Of a stretch of DNA of 64,000 bases, positions 26,440-36,765 are shown piece by piece (within the stretch, counting starts at the first letter, position 1; each line of letters opens with the position of its first letter). The notes beneath the pieces were generated by a model. It was not told the origin of the DNA and made no database searches. It was given only the letters and a program-made list of their open reading frames with translations. Source of the stretch: an archaeon UBA583 (GTDB taxonomy: Archaea > Nanobdellota > Nanobdellia > Woesearchaeales > UBA583); the NCBI GenBank assembly GCA_002506365.1, contig DAXK01000048.1:18627-82626 (forward strand), written 5' to 3'. The position numbers and the translations under genes were made by a program.

Positions 26440-27516
26440 ATGGGTTTAAAAATCGGAATTATTAGTATGGGGAGTAAATCTTCTCGTATGATTTTAGAAG
26501 AGGCGGATAACTTTTTTGATGAAGCAGATCACATCGACATTAGAAAAATTGAAGTTAAAATTGATGATAAAACAACTGTTTTATACGACGGAGAACCACT
26601 AAAAGATTATGATTGTTTATATATGAGAGGAAGTTTTAGATATTCATCATTATTATATGCAATTTCAGAACATTTTAAAGATAAATGTTATGTTCCACTA
26701 GAAGCAAATTCTCACGTAATTGCTCATGACAAATTTAAAACTCACTTAAAATTATCACAAGTAAGTTCAATTAAAATGCCTGCAACTTATTTTACAGCTA
26801 AAATTACTGAAACTAAATCTTTTTTAAAAACATTAAATTATCCAATTATTTTAAAATTTCCAAGTGGAACTCACGGGAAAGGTGTAATTTTTGCTGAATC
26901 TTACTCTTCAGCAGCTTCAATGGTTGATGCTTTAGATGTATTTAGTCAACCTGTTTTAATTCAAGATTATATTCATATTAATTCAGACATTAGAGTAATT
27001 GTAGCAGGAGATAAAATTATTGGTGCAATGCGTAGATTTGCTCAAAAAGGTGAAGTTCGTGCTAATTCTCATCAAGGTGGGGACGCTGAACCATATTTAG
27101 TAACTCCTGAAGTTAAAAGAATGTCAATTGATGCTGCTAAAAAAATTAAAGCTGATGTTTGCGCAATTGATTTAATTGAATCTGATTACGGTCCACAAAT
27201 TTTAGAAGTAAATTCAAGTCCAGGATTACAAAAAATTACTGAAACAACTAAAAAAAATATTGCAGGTGAAATTGCTCACTTTTTATTTGAAGAAACTTTA
27301 AGAAGAAAAGATCTGAAAAATAAATCTGATTCAAAAGACTTAAACAAAGATATGGGAATTGAGGAAATTGGTTCAAGAGATTTAGTTACAGAATTAAAAA
27401 TGAATGCAGGAAGAATTATTTTACCTGAATTTGCATCAAAACAATCTGAATTCTGGCCAGGTGAAGAAGTAGTAGTTAAAACTAGTAAAGGTAAAATTGA
27501 AATAACTAAAGGTTAA
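26440..27516 (+). CDS. rimK: RimK-family ATP-grasp ligase with an about 80-aa C-terminal extension
   Basis: The track start is TTG 26377, and ATG 26440 gives MGLKIGIIS. ATP-grasp motifs are PIILKFPSGTHGKGV, VLIQDYI, DIRVIVAGDKIIGAMRR, ANSHQGG and CAIDLIE...LEVNSSPG. Confidence 0.8.
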   Translation: MGLKIGIISMGSKSSRMILEEADNFFDEADHIDIRKIEVKIDDKTTVLYDGEPLKDYDCLYMRGSFRYSSLLYAISEHFKDKCYVPLEANSHVIAHDKFKTHLKLSQVSSIKMPATYFTAKITETKSFLKTLNYPIILKFPSGTHGKGVIFAESYSSAASMVDALDVFSQPVLIQDYIHINSDIRVIVAGDKIIGAMRRFAQKGEVRANSHQGGDAEPYLVTPEVKRMSIDAAKKIKADVCAIDLIESDYGPQILEVNSSPGLQKITETTKKNIAGEIAHFLFEETLRRKDLKNKSDSKDLNKDMGIEEIGSRDLVTELKMNAGRIILPEFASKQSEFWPGEEVVVKTSKGKIEITKG

Positions 27517-27552
27517 TTTAATTTTTACTTTATTTAAAATTTCATAATAAAA

Positions 27553-28275
27553 TTAAACTCTTATATCTAAACTTTTTCCAAGAAAAAACCTTTCAAATTC
27601 TCTTTCAAATTTTATAATTTCACAACTTGGAATCTTAATATCTTTACAAAATTTCACAATTTTATTATATGCATCTATTTTATACTCATTAATTCCATTT
27701 AACATAATTTCATTTTTTAATTTATATAAATAAATTTTTATTAACGTATTAAAATCAGAAATAACATTTTTATTCAAACTTTCCCCTAATTTTAATATGT
27801 CTTCAACAAATTTGAAATTATCTACAATCCAAAAAAAATTATTATTAATTAAATGATTAAATTTATTTATTTTAGTCATATAAATTTGCTCTAAAACAAC
27901 TTTTAATTTATCATGAGAATTCAAATTTAAATTTTCACATTTTTTCCTACAATCATCAAATTTCAAATAAAAATCCTCATTTAAATTTTCAAATATTTTT
28001 GCTAATTCAACTAATTTTTTAATATTTAAATTTAATTTATCTTCACAAGATTCCTCTAAACCTATTTTATTAATAAGTTCAAGTTTTCCTAATTTAGTAA
28101 ATATTTCATAATAATTCATTATTAAAGCAGTATTCTCAGTTGCAACAACTTTAGGTAATTTAGATTTATCGGGATGGAATTTATTAATTAATCTTCTAAA
28201 CGCTAATTTTATTTCTTTATCTGTTGATTTTTTAGAAATCCCTAATAAATTAAATTCATCTAAAATATTTATCAT
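27553..28275 (-). CDS. J-domain protein
   Basis: N-terminal LGISKKSTDKEIKLAFRRLINKFHPDKS contains the HPD motif. The rest is unassigned. Confidence 0.65.
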   Translation of the reverse strand: MINILDEFNLLGISKKSTDKEIKLAFRRLINKFHPDKSKLPKVVATENTALIMNYYEIFTKLGKLELINKIGLEESCEDKLNLNIKKLVELAKIFENLNEDFYLKFDDCRKKCENLNLNSHDKLKVVLEQIYMTKINKFNHLINNNFFWIVDNFKFVEDILKLGESLNKNVISDFNTLIKIYLYKLKNEIMLNGINEYKIDAYNKIVKFCKDIKIPSCEIIKFEREFERFFLGKSLDIRV

Positions 28276-28337
28276 ATATGTTTTATTAAAACCTATTTAT
28301 TTAAAGGTTTGTTAATGAAGTTTGTGACAAATTATAT

Positions 28338-28730
28338 CTATTCATCCTTATAGACACCTTTAAGTGTCCCAGAAACTCTTTTCACATCAATTTTACAAGG
28401 ATTATTATTTCCTAAAAATAAAACTAAACTTAAAATTCCAATTAATTTTTCTGATGATTTAGTTGAACATTTTAAAATAATTTCTTGTTTATCAAAATCA
28501 AACTTATCTCGTAAAACCCAAACTCCAGCTTTCCCCATTTCAACAGTCCCCATATAAGAAATAATTTCTTCAATTAAATTTTCTGAAATAGTCTTAAAAT
28601 CTAATTTATTCTTAGAACTTATAACTGCCCTAATAAATCTCTTTTTTTGTCTTAAAGTTGGTTGTAACGGTTTTAACTTTGTATCTTCAATTTGTGTTTT
28701 TGTTGTTTTATTTGATGTTTTATTAGCCAT
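28338..28730 (-). CDS. rnp2: RNase P protein component 2 (Pop5/Rpp14 family)
   Basis: LQPTLRQKKRFIRAVISS matches the LPPTLRxxxRY-hydrophobic start of archaeal Pop5. Size 130 aa. Confidence 0.6.
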   Translation of the reverse strand: MANKTSNKTTKTQIEDTKLKPLQPTLRQKKRFIRAVISSKNKLDFKTISENLIEEIISYMGTVEMGKAGVWVLRDKFDFDKQEIILKCSTKSSEKLIGILSLVLFLGNNNPCKIDVKRVSGTLKGVYKDE

Positions 28731-28816
28731 TTTTTAATATCTTTTAGAACTTTAATTCTAATACCTATTAAATAAAGTATAAAAGAATTTATAAACTTTT
28801 ATTGCTAAAAATAAAT

Positions 28817-29638
28817 ATGCACGATCTCAGATATATAAAACCTAAAAAATCTGAAATATTTCCAATTTCAATTGTGACATTTGTATTATCATTAATGTTT
28901 TCAATATTTATTTTAAAATTCTCATCTCAAAATGATTTAACTCAAGTTTTTATCCCTATATTTTTATTTTTGAACTTTTTATTTTATACAAAATTAACTA
29001 TTATGAAAATTAGTGGACTAAAAAACGGAATTGAACTTACATTTGACTTAACATATCTAAACCAATATAGTTTTAGGCCATTTGATAAAATTTCAAACAA
29101 ATATTCAGATTTACCTTCAAAAGGATTATCCTCAATTATAATTTCAATTTTAATTTATATCTTAACATTAGGATTTGTAATTTTTCCAGCAATTTGGAAA
29201 ATTAATTATAATAAAATTAATCACAAATACAGAGGAGTTGGAGATCATCACGAGTTAGGATTTGCATACACAAGATTATATGAAGTAACTGACCATAGAA
29301 TTGCCAAAACATACATTGTAGGATTTTTTTACTACTTTTTATTTGCCCAATTAACTGAAATATTTTTTAGTAACTCTGAATTATACATTTGGTTACAAGC
29401 AATTGTATTTTACTTAGCATTTTTCACATTAATTCCAATTCCAGGTTCTGAAGGTTTTGAACTATATAAAAGAAATCAATTTGGTTATATGATGTTAATT
29501 CCAATCTTATTTGTTGGAATGTTATCAATATTAGTATTCAAAAGTGTTTTATTTACATCTTTGATTGTTCTTTTAACATTTGGATATTTATATTTTGATA
29601 AATTATGGAAATCTTTAACTGGTAGTGGTGGACATTAA
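28817..29638 (+). CDS. polytopic membrane protein (possibly a degenerate site-2-protease-like protein)
   Basis: The track start is TTG 28802, with ATG at 28817. IPIPGSEGFEL resembles the M50 LDG motif, but I see no clean HExxH. Confidence 0.45.
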   Translation: MHDLRYIKPKKSEIFPISIVTFVLSLMFSIFILKFSSQNDLTQVFIPIFLFLNFLFYTKLTIMKISGLKNGIELTFDLTYLNQYSFRPFDKISNKYSDLPSKGLSSIIISILIYILTLGFVIFPAIWKINYNKINHKYRGVGDHHELGFAYTRLYEVTDHRIAKTYIVGFFYYFLFAQLTEIFFSNSELYIWLQAIVFYLAFFTLIPIPGSEGFELYKRNQFGYMMLIPILFVGMLSILVFKSVLFTSLIVLLTFGYLYFDKLWKSLTGSGGH

Positions 29639-29733
29639 ATTAAAATAAACTTAATTTTTATTTCATAGTTAGATATTAATTTACTTAAAATATTCATTAA
29701 TTATTTAAATACAAAAATCTTACTTATTTCTAG

Positions 29734-29961
29734 ATGAATTCTGAAGAAATCAAAAAAGACGCTCAAAAGATTATGGATAATTTTATGGACGAGATGAAAG
29801 ATATTCAAGTTGAAGATGATTTTATCTTAGAAAGAGAAACATGTTTCAGAGAAGAAGGGACTGGGACAGAACCTGATGAAAACTTTAAACAAAGATTTCT
29901 ATCAAACGCAAAAAGAACTTCAGGAGATGCAATCTTAGCAAACAAAGGAGATTGGGTATAA
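29734..29961 (+). CDS. small acidic protein, possibly GatC-like
   Basis: 75 aa. The general resemblance to archaeal GatC-like proteins is weak. Confidence 0.3.
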   Translation: MNSEEIKKDAQKIMDNFMDEMKDIQVEDDFILERETCFREEGTGTEPDENFKQRFLSNAKRTSGDAILANKGDWV

Positions 29962-30089
29962 GTTTAAATACTTACAAATATTAATATAAATATAATTAAA
30001 AATGGTTCTCAGTAAAGCACATTGTGTTGGTGAGTTTAGAAATTATTTAGATAATAAAGAATTTCGGCATTTTTTTACATAGTCAAAAA

Positions 30090-30671
30090 ATGGTAAGTCA
30101 AAAAAGATTAAAAGGACACGGTGGAAAACACCAAGAAGAGATTAGTAAAACTGCAAAATACGGAGGATTATTTATTTTAGTAATTATGGTTTTATCAATT
30201 GCAGGATTTGCATTATCTATGGGTGGTGGACAAACTAGTTCTCAATCATCAGATAATCAAAATTTTCCATTAACTGAAAATGCATTCCAAAACCCTCAAA
30301 CAGGAGAAACTTATTGGGGTGCTGTAGTTCAAGGAGAAAGATTTATTTTCATGAACGGTGTTGAAGGGTATGATAATTTTCAAAATATGGTTGATTTATC
30401 AACACAAATTAAATCAAAATCTGAACAAATTTTAACAATAAAAATGGGTTCTAACTTTACAAATGTTGATGCAATTTACTTAATTCAAGAAAAATTATTT
30501 CCAAGTTTAAATATTCAAACTCAAATGGCAACAATTAACTCAACATGTAATGAAAATACAATTTTATTTACAAACGAATTAATTGAAGATTCAACATGTA
30601 TGCAATTTATTGCTCCACAAGGGGAAGAAGCAAACTTTGCAGACATTTTAGTATATCATATGATTAAATAA
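30090..30671 (+). CDS. membrane-anchored extracytoplasmic protein
   Basis: Single TM GGLFILVIMVLSIAGFALSM followed by a soluble domain. Confidence 0.5.
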   Translation: MVSQKRLKGHGGKHQEEISKTAKYGGLFILVIMVLSIAGFALSMGGGQTSSQSSDNQNFPLTENAFQNPQTGETYWGAVVQGERFIFMNGVEGYDNFQNMVDLSTQIKSKSEQILTIKMGSNFTNVDAIYLIQEKLFPSLNIQTQMATINSTCNENTILFTNELIEDSTCMQFIAPQGEEANFADILVYHMIK

Positions 30672-30842
30672 TCATATGATGATTAGAAACACTATGTGTA
30701 TTTCTATCTTTTCATATGATTAAATAATAATATTATTTAACAATAATTTTTAATTCTAAACTAAATATTTATCTTAATTCAACAATATTCTTTAAACAAC
30801 TAAACTCCAAACATTTAAAAACCTCTAAAACATAAAATATTT

Positions 30843-31910
30843 ATGTTAATACACAACAATCACCATAAATTCAAATTTCATACTTGGATGTTAATTCTAG
30901 TTGGAATTGTAATTAGTTTAATTTTTCCACAAATTGGATTAAATTTTCAAGACTATATTGTCCCATTAATGATGTTATTAATGTTTTTAAGTTTTCTAAA
31001 CATTGACTATCATTCAATGGCGCAAAGAATGCACCACTTCAAAAAACCGAGTGTAACTTTATTAGTAATTCACTTACTATCTCCATTATTAGTTTTATTT
31101 TTAAAACCGTTATTTATTGAAGAAATATTTTTAGGATTAATTATTGTATCTTCCGTATCATCAGGACTATCAGTTGTATTCCTATCAAGTTTATTTAAAG
31201 GAAACTCATCAATTGCTTTACTAATCACATTTTTTTCAAATGTATTATCTCCAGTAATCTTACCTGTAATTATTTATTTATTTACTAAAAAAATAGTAGA
31301 TATTGATTATGTTTCAATCTCACTAACAATTGTAAAATTAGTAATTATTCCATTATTATTAGCAATGACAATTCACAAATTTAATATTATAAAACCAATC
31401 TCAAAACATTCAGTTCAACTATCTTCAATTGTTTTATTTTTTGTAATATTAGGAATAATATCACCAGTTCAAAACATTATTTTTTCAAATCCTGAACTAT
31501 CAATTAAACTATTTTTCATTGTAGTTTTACTAACTGGAATTAACTTTTTTGTTGGATACTTTTTAGGAAATACTAAAGAAGAAAAAATTACATACGCAAT
31601 CACATCAAACTATAAAAATTATGCTTTAGCATCAATTATCGCACTTTCAAACTTTGAACCAATTGTTGCATATCCTGCTGCAATGTATGCTCTTGTAAAT
31701 AATTTATTTTTAGTTCCACTTCAATTATTTGTATTAAAAAAAGATACAACTCACTCTGAAAAAAATTTAGAAAAAGCAACTGATAAAAATAAAAAAATTA
31801 CTAAATCAAAACCAGAAACTAAAACAATTAAAAAGAAAACTACAAAAAATAAATCAACTACAAAACAAAATAAACTTAAAGTAAAAAAAATTAATAAAAC
31901 TAAAAAATAA
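30843..31910 (+). CDS. bile acid:Na+ symporter (BASS/SBF)-like transporter with a Lys/Thr-rich tail
   Basis: About 9 TM segments with BASS-like spacing. The C-terminal 60 aa are KKTTKNKSTTKQNKLKVKKINKTKK-like. Confidence 0.5.
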   Translation: MLIHNNHHKFKFHTWMLILVGIVISLIFPQIGLNFQDYIVPLMMLLMFLSFLNIDYHSMAQRMHHFKKPSVTLLVIHLLSPLLVLFLKPLFIEEIFLGLIIVSSVSSGLSVVFLSSLFKGNSSIALLITFFSNVLSPVILPVIIYLFTKKIVDIDYVSISLTIVKLVIIPLLLAMTIHKFNIIKPISKHSVQLSSIVLFFVILGIISPVQNIIFSNPELSIKLFFIVVLLTGINFFVGYFLGNTKEEKITYAITSNYKNYALASIIALSNFEPIVAYPAAMYALVNNLFLVPLQLFVLKKDTTHSEKNLEKATDKNKKITKSKPETKTIKKKTTKNKSTTKQNKLKVKKINKTKK

Positions 31911-31939
31911 TTAAATTTTATTTACTCAATTTTTAAAAT

Positions 31940-32671
31940 TTAATCAATAATTTTTTTAACTAATACTTTCTCAATAAAAAATTCTTTAAAATCATCTGAC
32001 TCAACATCAAACTTAGTTGTATCAAACTCTAAAAACTTAATTTCACGACTTCTTAAATACTGTCCAAACCTTTGTAAAACTAAAATAAAATGTTTTTCAA
32101 AATCATCATACAATTCATAAGGTATATATTCTGTTGCTATTTTTCTATAATAAAATTGATACTTAGAATGTTTATTTTTTAATAACACAAAACACATATT
32201 TTTTAACTCATCATTAGAAATATTATTTTTTGTAACTTCCTTTTCAAATTTTAAAACCATATACTCATACATGTTTAATACATCAAACTTATTTTTAGAC
32301 TCAGCAAAATTATTCATAAAAGCTCCAATAAATACTTCTCCTAATGGTAAACAATCACAAATAAAATTTTGATTAGGATTATTAATAGTTTCAACAATTC
32401 TATTCATCAAATATAAATTATTTCTAAATACAATATTTCTTTGTTTTTTAAAATCATGATTTCTCAAAGCTTTATACAATTCATCTAACTCTTTTTGAGT
32501 TTTAAATTCAGAAATTTTAGTATATTTATATTTACACAAAACATCCATTAACTCATTAACTAACTTAGTTTTTCCAACTCCTAACATTCCACAAAAAAAA
32601 ATTCCTTTTGGTAAATCTAACTTTTTCTTTTTTGAAAATAATTTAAATTCAAACACTTTATAATTCCTCAT
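31940..32671 (-). CDS. P-loop kinase (deoxynucleoside-kinase-like)
   Basis: Walker A FFCGMLGVGKTKL. The size and helical content resemble dNK/NMP kinases. Overlaps the HAD gene by 14 nt. Confidence 0.4.
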   Translation of the reverse strand: MRNYKVFEFKLFSKKKKLDLPKGIFFCGMLGVGKTKLVNELMDVLCKYKYTKISEFKTQKELDELYKALRNHDFKKQRNIVFRNNLYLMNRIVETINNPNQNFICDCLPLGEVFIGAFMNNFAESKNKFDVLNMYEYMVLKFEKEVTKNNISNDELKNMCFVLLKNKHSKYQFYYRKIATEYIPYELYDDFEKHFILVLQRFGQYLRSREIKFLEFDTTKFDVESDDFKEFFIEKVLVKKIID

Positions 32672-33260
32672 AAATAATTCTTTCTAATTCATCAACACAA
32701 TCAACAATTTTATATGGATTACCTTTTTGTAAAATCTCGCTAGAATGAACTCCCCAAGTAACTCCAATTGACTTTAAATTACATTCATTTGCTTCATTAA
32801 TATCACCTAATGAATCTGTAATAAATAAAACATTTTCACAAACTAAATCTTCTGACTCAATTAACATATTAAACCTTTCAACCTTAGACTTAGAAATATC
32901 AGATCCTAAAATTTTAGTAAACTTATCAGTAGAATTAATCAAATTTAAATGTGAAATTAAATTTTCAGTTGGCGCACCAGAAATAATATATAAATTATAA
33001 TTCTTAGATAGATCATTTAACAACTTTTTAGCAAAATCAAAAAAATGTTCAGCATTTGTTAAACTTGAAAATAACTCTCCAATTTTTTTTTCATTTTCGG
33101 ACCAAATTTTCATAAATTTTTCATTTTCAAAAACATTAGTATGAAATATTTTTTCAAACTCAACTTCATCAACATCTGAAACTTGTTTTAAAATATCAAT
33201 AGTTAAACTTTTTGAATTCATTAAAACTCCATCAAAATCAAAAAATATAGCTTTTTTCAT
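32658..33260 (-). CDS. HAD-superfamily phosphatase
   Basis: Motif I is IFFDFDGVLMNS and motif IV is FITDSLGDINEA. Confidence 0.75.
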   Translation of the reverse strand: MKKAIFFDFDGVLMNSKSLTIDILKQVSDVDEVEFEKIFHTNVFENEKFMKIWSENEKKIGELFSSLTNAEHFFDFAKKLLNDLSKNYNLYIISGAPTENLISHLNLINSTDKFTKILGSDISKSKVERFNMLIESEDLVCENVLFITDSLGDINEANECNLKSIGVTWGVHSSEILQKGNPYKIVDCVDELERIIYEEL

Positions 33261-33278
33261 AATTTATTACCTTTTATT

Positions 33279-35675
33279 TTATTCTTTCTCTTTTTTAACT
33301 GATTCTTTTTTTTCAGTAGCTTTCTTATCTGTAGCTTTTTTTGCTGGCGCTTTCTTTTTAGCAGTTTTAGGTTTTGGAACAATTGGGTTTTCTACATCAA
33401 CCTTTCCTCCCTTAATTTGCATCATAGTTTTACATTTAGGATAATTATTACAACCTAAAAATTCTCCATAAAAAGACTTTCTTAAAACCATTTGACCTTC
33501 CTTACAATTAGGACAAACCATATTTTGTTCATCATACTTTTTCTCAACTTCCGCCTCAGGTTTTTTATCTGGATTTACCATATATCTTTGTAATTGACCC
33601 TCTGACTTTCCAGCTAAACACCAAATTTTCCCATTTTCATCAACAGCATCTTCCTCAAGACCTTTAATCACTGGCACATTTGGAGCAGAATAAATATTTT
33701 TACAATCTGGATACTTGTTACATGCAAAAAATCTTCCAGGTCCATTTTTTTGTTTTCTTAAAACTAAATACCCTTCATCACACTTATTACATTTAGCAAT
33801 CTTAGTTGCTTGAAATACTGCTAACTTTGAAGCTGTTGCTAACTGTTTACCTAAATCTGCTTCCTTAGACTTAATATCTCCTAATACAACTTCTAACTTT
33901 GCTTTTGCTTCAGCTAATACTTTATCAGGTGTTGTTTTTTCCAAACGAACATCCTCCATTTCATCCTCAAATTGTCTAGTTAAAGCTTCATCTACCAACA
34001 TTGGAACTTCTCTAGCTAAAATTTCATCCATTGATAATCCTAATTCAGTAACTTTGATAGATTTATCAACAATAAAAGCTCTCTTTTTCAAATTCTCTAA
34101 AATCTCGGCTCTTGTAGCTTTAGTCCCTAAATTTCTTTTTTCCAATTCCTTAATAATACTTGCATCAGTATATCTTTTAGGAGGATTTGTCTCTTTATCA
34201 ACCTTAGAAATTTCTTTATTTGTAACAGTATCACCTTCATTTAAAACAGGTAATTCAACATCTTTAGCTTTTACATAAGGAGCATATAATTCATGCCAAT
34301 TTTTAATTACAGTTCTAGTTCCCTGTAAAACAAAATCGTGAGAATTAACATCAACTCTAATTGTATTAGTTTCCTTAACTGCGGGTTCCCCAAACACTGC
34401 AAAAAATCTCTTCACAACTAAATCATAAACTTTCATCTCATACTGATCTAAACTTTTAGGAACTTCTCCTGTTGGATGAATCGCAGGGTGAGCAGGATCA
34501 TCTTTTTTACCCTCATTTGGTTTAATCTTAGGGTTAATTTCTAAAACTTTAGCAACAAAATCTTTATACTTTGCTTGTCTATTTAATTGATCTAAAACAT
34601 TCTTTAAATTTAATTCCTCAGGTAACTTTTGTGAAGAAGTTCTAGGATAAGAAGTAACTCCCTCAATATATAACTTTTGAGCAATTTCAAGTGTTCTCTT
34701 TGGAGAATAACCAAATAAATTTGAAGACTCCATCTGTAAAGAAGTTAAATCAAAAGGTAATGGAACTGCTTGATTAAATTTCTTAGCTGAAATTTCAGTA
34801 ATCTTCCCATCTTTTCCAGTTGTCTCACTAACAACTTGATTTGCAAACTCTTCATCAAAAACTTTATGCTTATCAACAGCAACCTTTTTCCCATCTTCAT
34901 CAACAGCTGCTTCTAAAATTTTCTTTCTCTCAGCAATTTTATCTTTAGGTAACTCATAATGTAAATTTACATCAATACTTTCACAAGTTCCATCCATAAA
35001 AATTTCAGAATACTTTTCAGGTTCAAAAGCTGCAATCTTTCTTTCCCTTTCAGCTAAAAAATGTAAAGCTGGAGCTTGAACACGCCCAGTTGACATAACT
35101 TTAAACTGTCCAGCACCCTTCTTAATAGACTCAGTAAATGCTCTTGACAAATTAATTCCATAATACCAATCTAAATTATGTCTAGTAACTCCAGCATTAG
35201 CTTGACCCCAAACAAGTGTAGGTAATTTATTTTCATATGACTTAATTAAATCTTTTTTAGTAAGTGTTGAAAACTTCATTCTTTGAGCATCCTTTAACCC
35301 TAAAGCATGTAAAACAACATTTAAACCAATAACTTCTCCCTCAATATCAAAGTCAGACGCAACAGTTACACTATCAGCTTCCTTTCCTAATTTTTTAATT
35401 GCATCAATATAATCTTTAGTATAAGCTGCAGCCTTATTCATTTTATATGTAGGTTTCCACTCAGTATCAAAAACTGGATACTTCCAACTCTCTCCACCCT
35501 TTTCACCTAAACCATACAAATGACCAACAGCAGAACAAACCCTAATTTGTTTTCCATTGTGTGTTAAAGAAAAAAAATTTACTTTTTCACGAACTTTCAT
35601 TGCTGTTTTATCAGCAAGAGCATTAGCGATTTTTTCAGCCGCTTGAGGTTTTTCAGAAATAATAAGTTCATACAT
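33279..35675 (-). CDS. topA: type IA DNA topoisomerase with two C-terminal zinc ribbons and a Lys-rich tail
   Basis: Toprim ELIISEKPQAA and DFDIEGEVIG, active-site Tyr region VTSYPRTSSQ, and zinc ribbons CNKCDEG...CNKYPDC and CPNCKEG...CNNYPKC. Confidence 0.92.
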   Translation of the reverse strand: MYELIISEKPQAAEKIANALADKTAMKVREKVNFFSLTHNGKQIRVCSAVGHLYGLGEKGGESWKYPVFDTEWKPTYKMNKAAAYTKDYIDAIKKLGKEADSVTVASDFDIEGEVIGLNVVLHALGLKDAQRMKFSTLTKKDLIKSYENKLPTLVWGQANAGVTRHNLDWYYGINLSRAFTESIKKGAGQFKVMSTGRVQAPALHFLAERERKIAAFEPEKYSEIFMDGTCESIDVNLHYELPKDKIAERKKILEAAVDEDGKKVAVDKHKVFDEEFANQVVSETTGKDGKITEISAKKFNQAVPLPFDLTSLQMESSNLFGYSPKRTLEIAQKLYIEGVTSYPRTSSQKLPEELNLKNVLDQLNRQAKYKDFVAKVLEINPKIKPNEGKKDDPAHPAIHPTGEVPKSLDQYEMKVYDLVVKRFFAVFGEPAVKETNTIRVDVNSHDFVLQGTRTVIKNWHELYAPYVKAKDVELPVLNEGDTVTNKEISKVDKETNPPKRYTDASIIKELEKRNLGTKATRAEILENLKKRAFIVDKSIKVTELGLSMDEILAREVPMLVDEALTRQFEDEMEDVRLEKTTPDKVLAEAKAKLEVVLGDIKSKEADLGKQLATASKLAVFQATKIAKCNKCDEGYLVLRKQKNGPGRFFACNKYPDCKNIYSAPNVPVIKGLEEDAVDENGKIWCLAGKSEGQLQRYMVNPDKKPEAEVEKKYDEQNMVCPNCKEGQMVLRKSFYGEFLGCNNYPKCKTMMQIKGGKVDVENPIVPKPKTAKKKAPAKKATDKKATEKKESVKKEKE

Positions 35676-35857
35676 TTTTTATTAATAATATAAAACATCT
35701 AAAATGTTTTTTTATAATAAAATCAAAATATTCTTCTTTATATATCTTTGTTATCAATCTAATACATTTTTATCAAATTTAACAAATTATTAAACCTATT
35801 CATTAGTATAGTATAAAAAACAAGTTTTATAAATATAAAAATTCATATCTATTATCC

Positions 35858-36691
35858 ATGACGCCAGAAGAAAAAATAATTCAAATCAAAAATTTGGGAA
35901 TAGAAAATTTATGTATTCTTTCAGATTTTGACGATACAATATCAAAAGGAATAAAATCAGACGGTACTAAAAGTTCTAATTCTTTTTCAGTATATGTAAA
36001 CAACCCAGATTTGATGGGTGAACAAATGAATAAGGAAATTTCAAGATTATATAATTTTTATTATCCAATTGAACAAGATCCAAATATGCCTAAACAAGAA
36101 AAAGAAAAAATTATTGTTAAATGGTGGGAATCTACATTTAAAGAATATAAAAAACACGGATATTGTAAAGATACAATTAAAAAGATTGTTGATAATAAAC
36201 TAATGGAACTAAAAGATAAAACTGATGAGTTTTTAGAATTTACAGTAAAACACAATATTGATACTGTAATATTCTCAGCAGGAATCTATAACTTAATTCA
36301 TAAATTTTTAGAATTAAATCATGTTGACCATAAAAATATTCATGTTGTAGCAAATAAATTCAAATTTGATGAATCTGGTTTTTTTACACACACATACGGA
36401 GATATAATTCACTCTATGAATAAAACATTCTTTGAACTTTCAAGAATTCCAGTATATGAAGAACTAACTCAAAAAAAATCCTGTATAATATTAGGTGATT
36501 CATTATCTGATACTTATATGACAAAAGGTGCAAACTTTCAAGTAGAATTAAAAATTGGTTTTTTAAATACTCTGCCAGAAGATCCAGCTTACAAAATGAG
36601 ACTAAAAGCGCACCAAGAAAAATTTGATATTGTTTTACAAGGTCAAGAAGATTTCACAAAAATTAACAAAATATTAAAACAAATTATATAA
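35858..36691 (+). CDS. pyrimidine 5'-nucleotidase, eukaryotic UMPH-1/NT5C3-like HAD enzyme
   Basis: ILSDFDDTISK (DxDxT), VIFSAGIYNLI, IHVVANKFKFDESGFFTHTYGDIIHSMNK and ILGDSLSD are collinear with NT5C3 motifs (IFSAGIGD, VVSNFMDFDETG...LIHVFNK, LLGDSQGD). Confidence 0.65.
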   Translation: MTPEEKIIQIKNLGIENLCILSDFDDTISKGIKSDGTKSSNSFSVYVNNPDLMGEQMNKEISRLYNFYYPIEQDPNMPKQEKEKIIVKWWESTFKEYKKHGYCKDTIKKIVDNKLMELKDKTDEFLEFTVKHNIDTVIFSAGIYNLIHKFLELNHVDHKNIHVVANKFKFDESGFFTHTYGDIIHSMNKTFFELSRIPVYEELTQKKSCIILGDSLSDTYMTKGANFQVELKIGFLNTLPEDPAYKMRLKAHQEKFDIVLQGQEDFTKINKILKQII

Positions 36692-36765
36692 TTTTTTTAA
36701 TAATTTAAATTAAAATAAAAATTAAATAATGTATTCATTTTTTCTAATTCAATTAATTATTTAAT

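Noticed and set aside
28817-29638. Calling the membrane protein a site-2 protease (M50)
   Set aside because: Only the LDG-like PGSEGFEL motif is present, and HHELGFAY is not a clean HExxH. I left it as a generic membrane protein.
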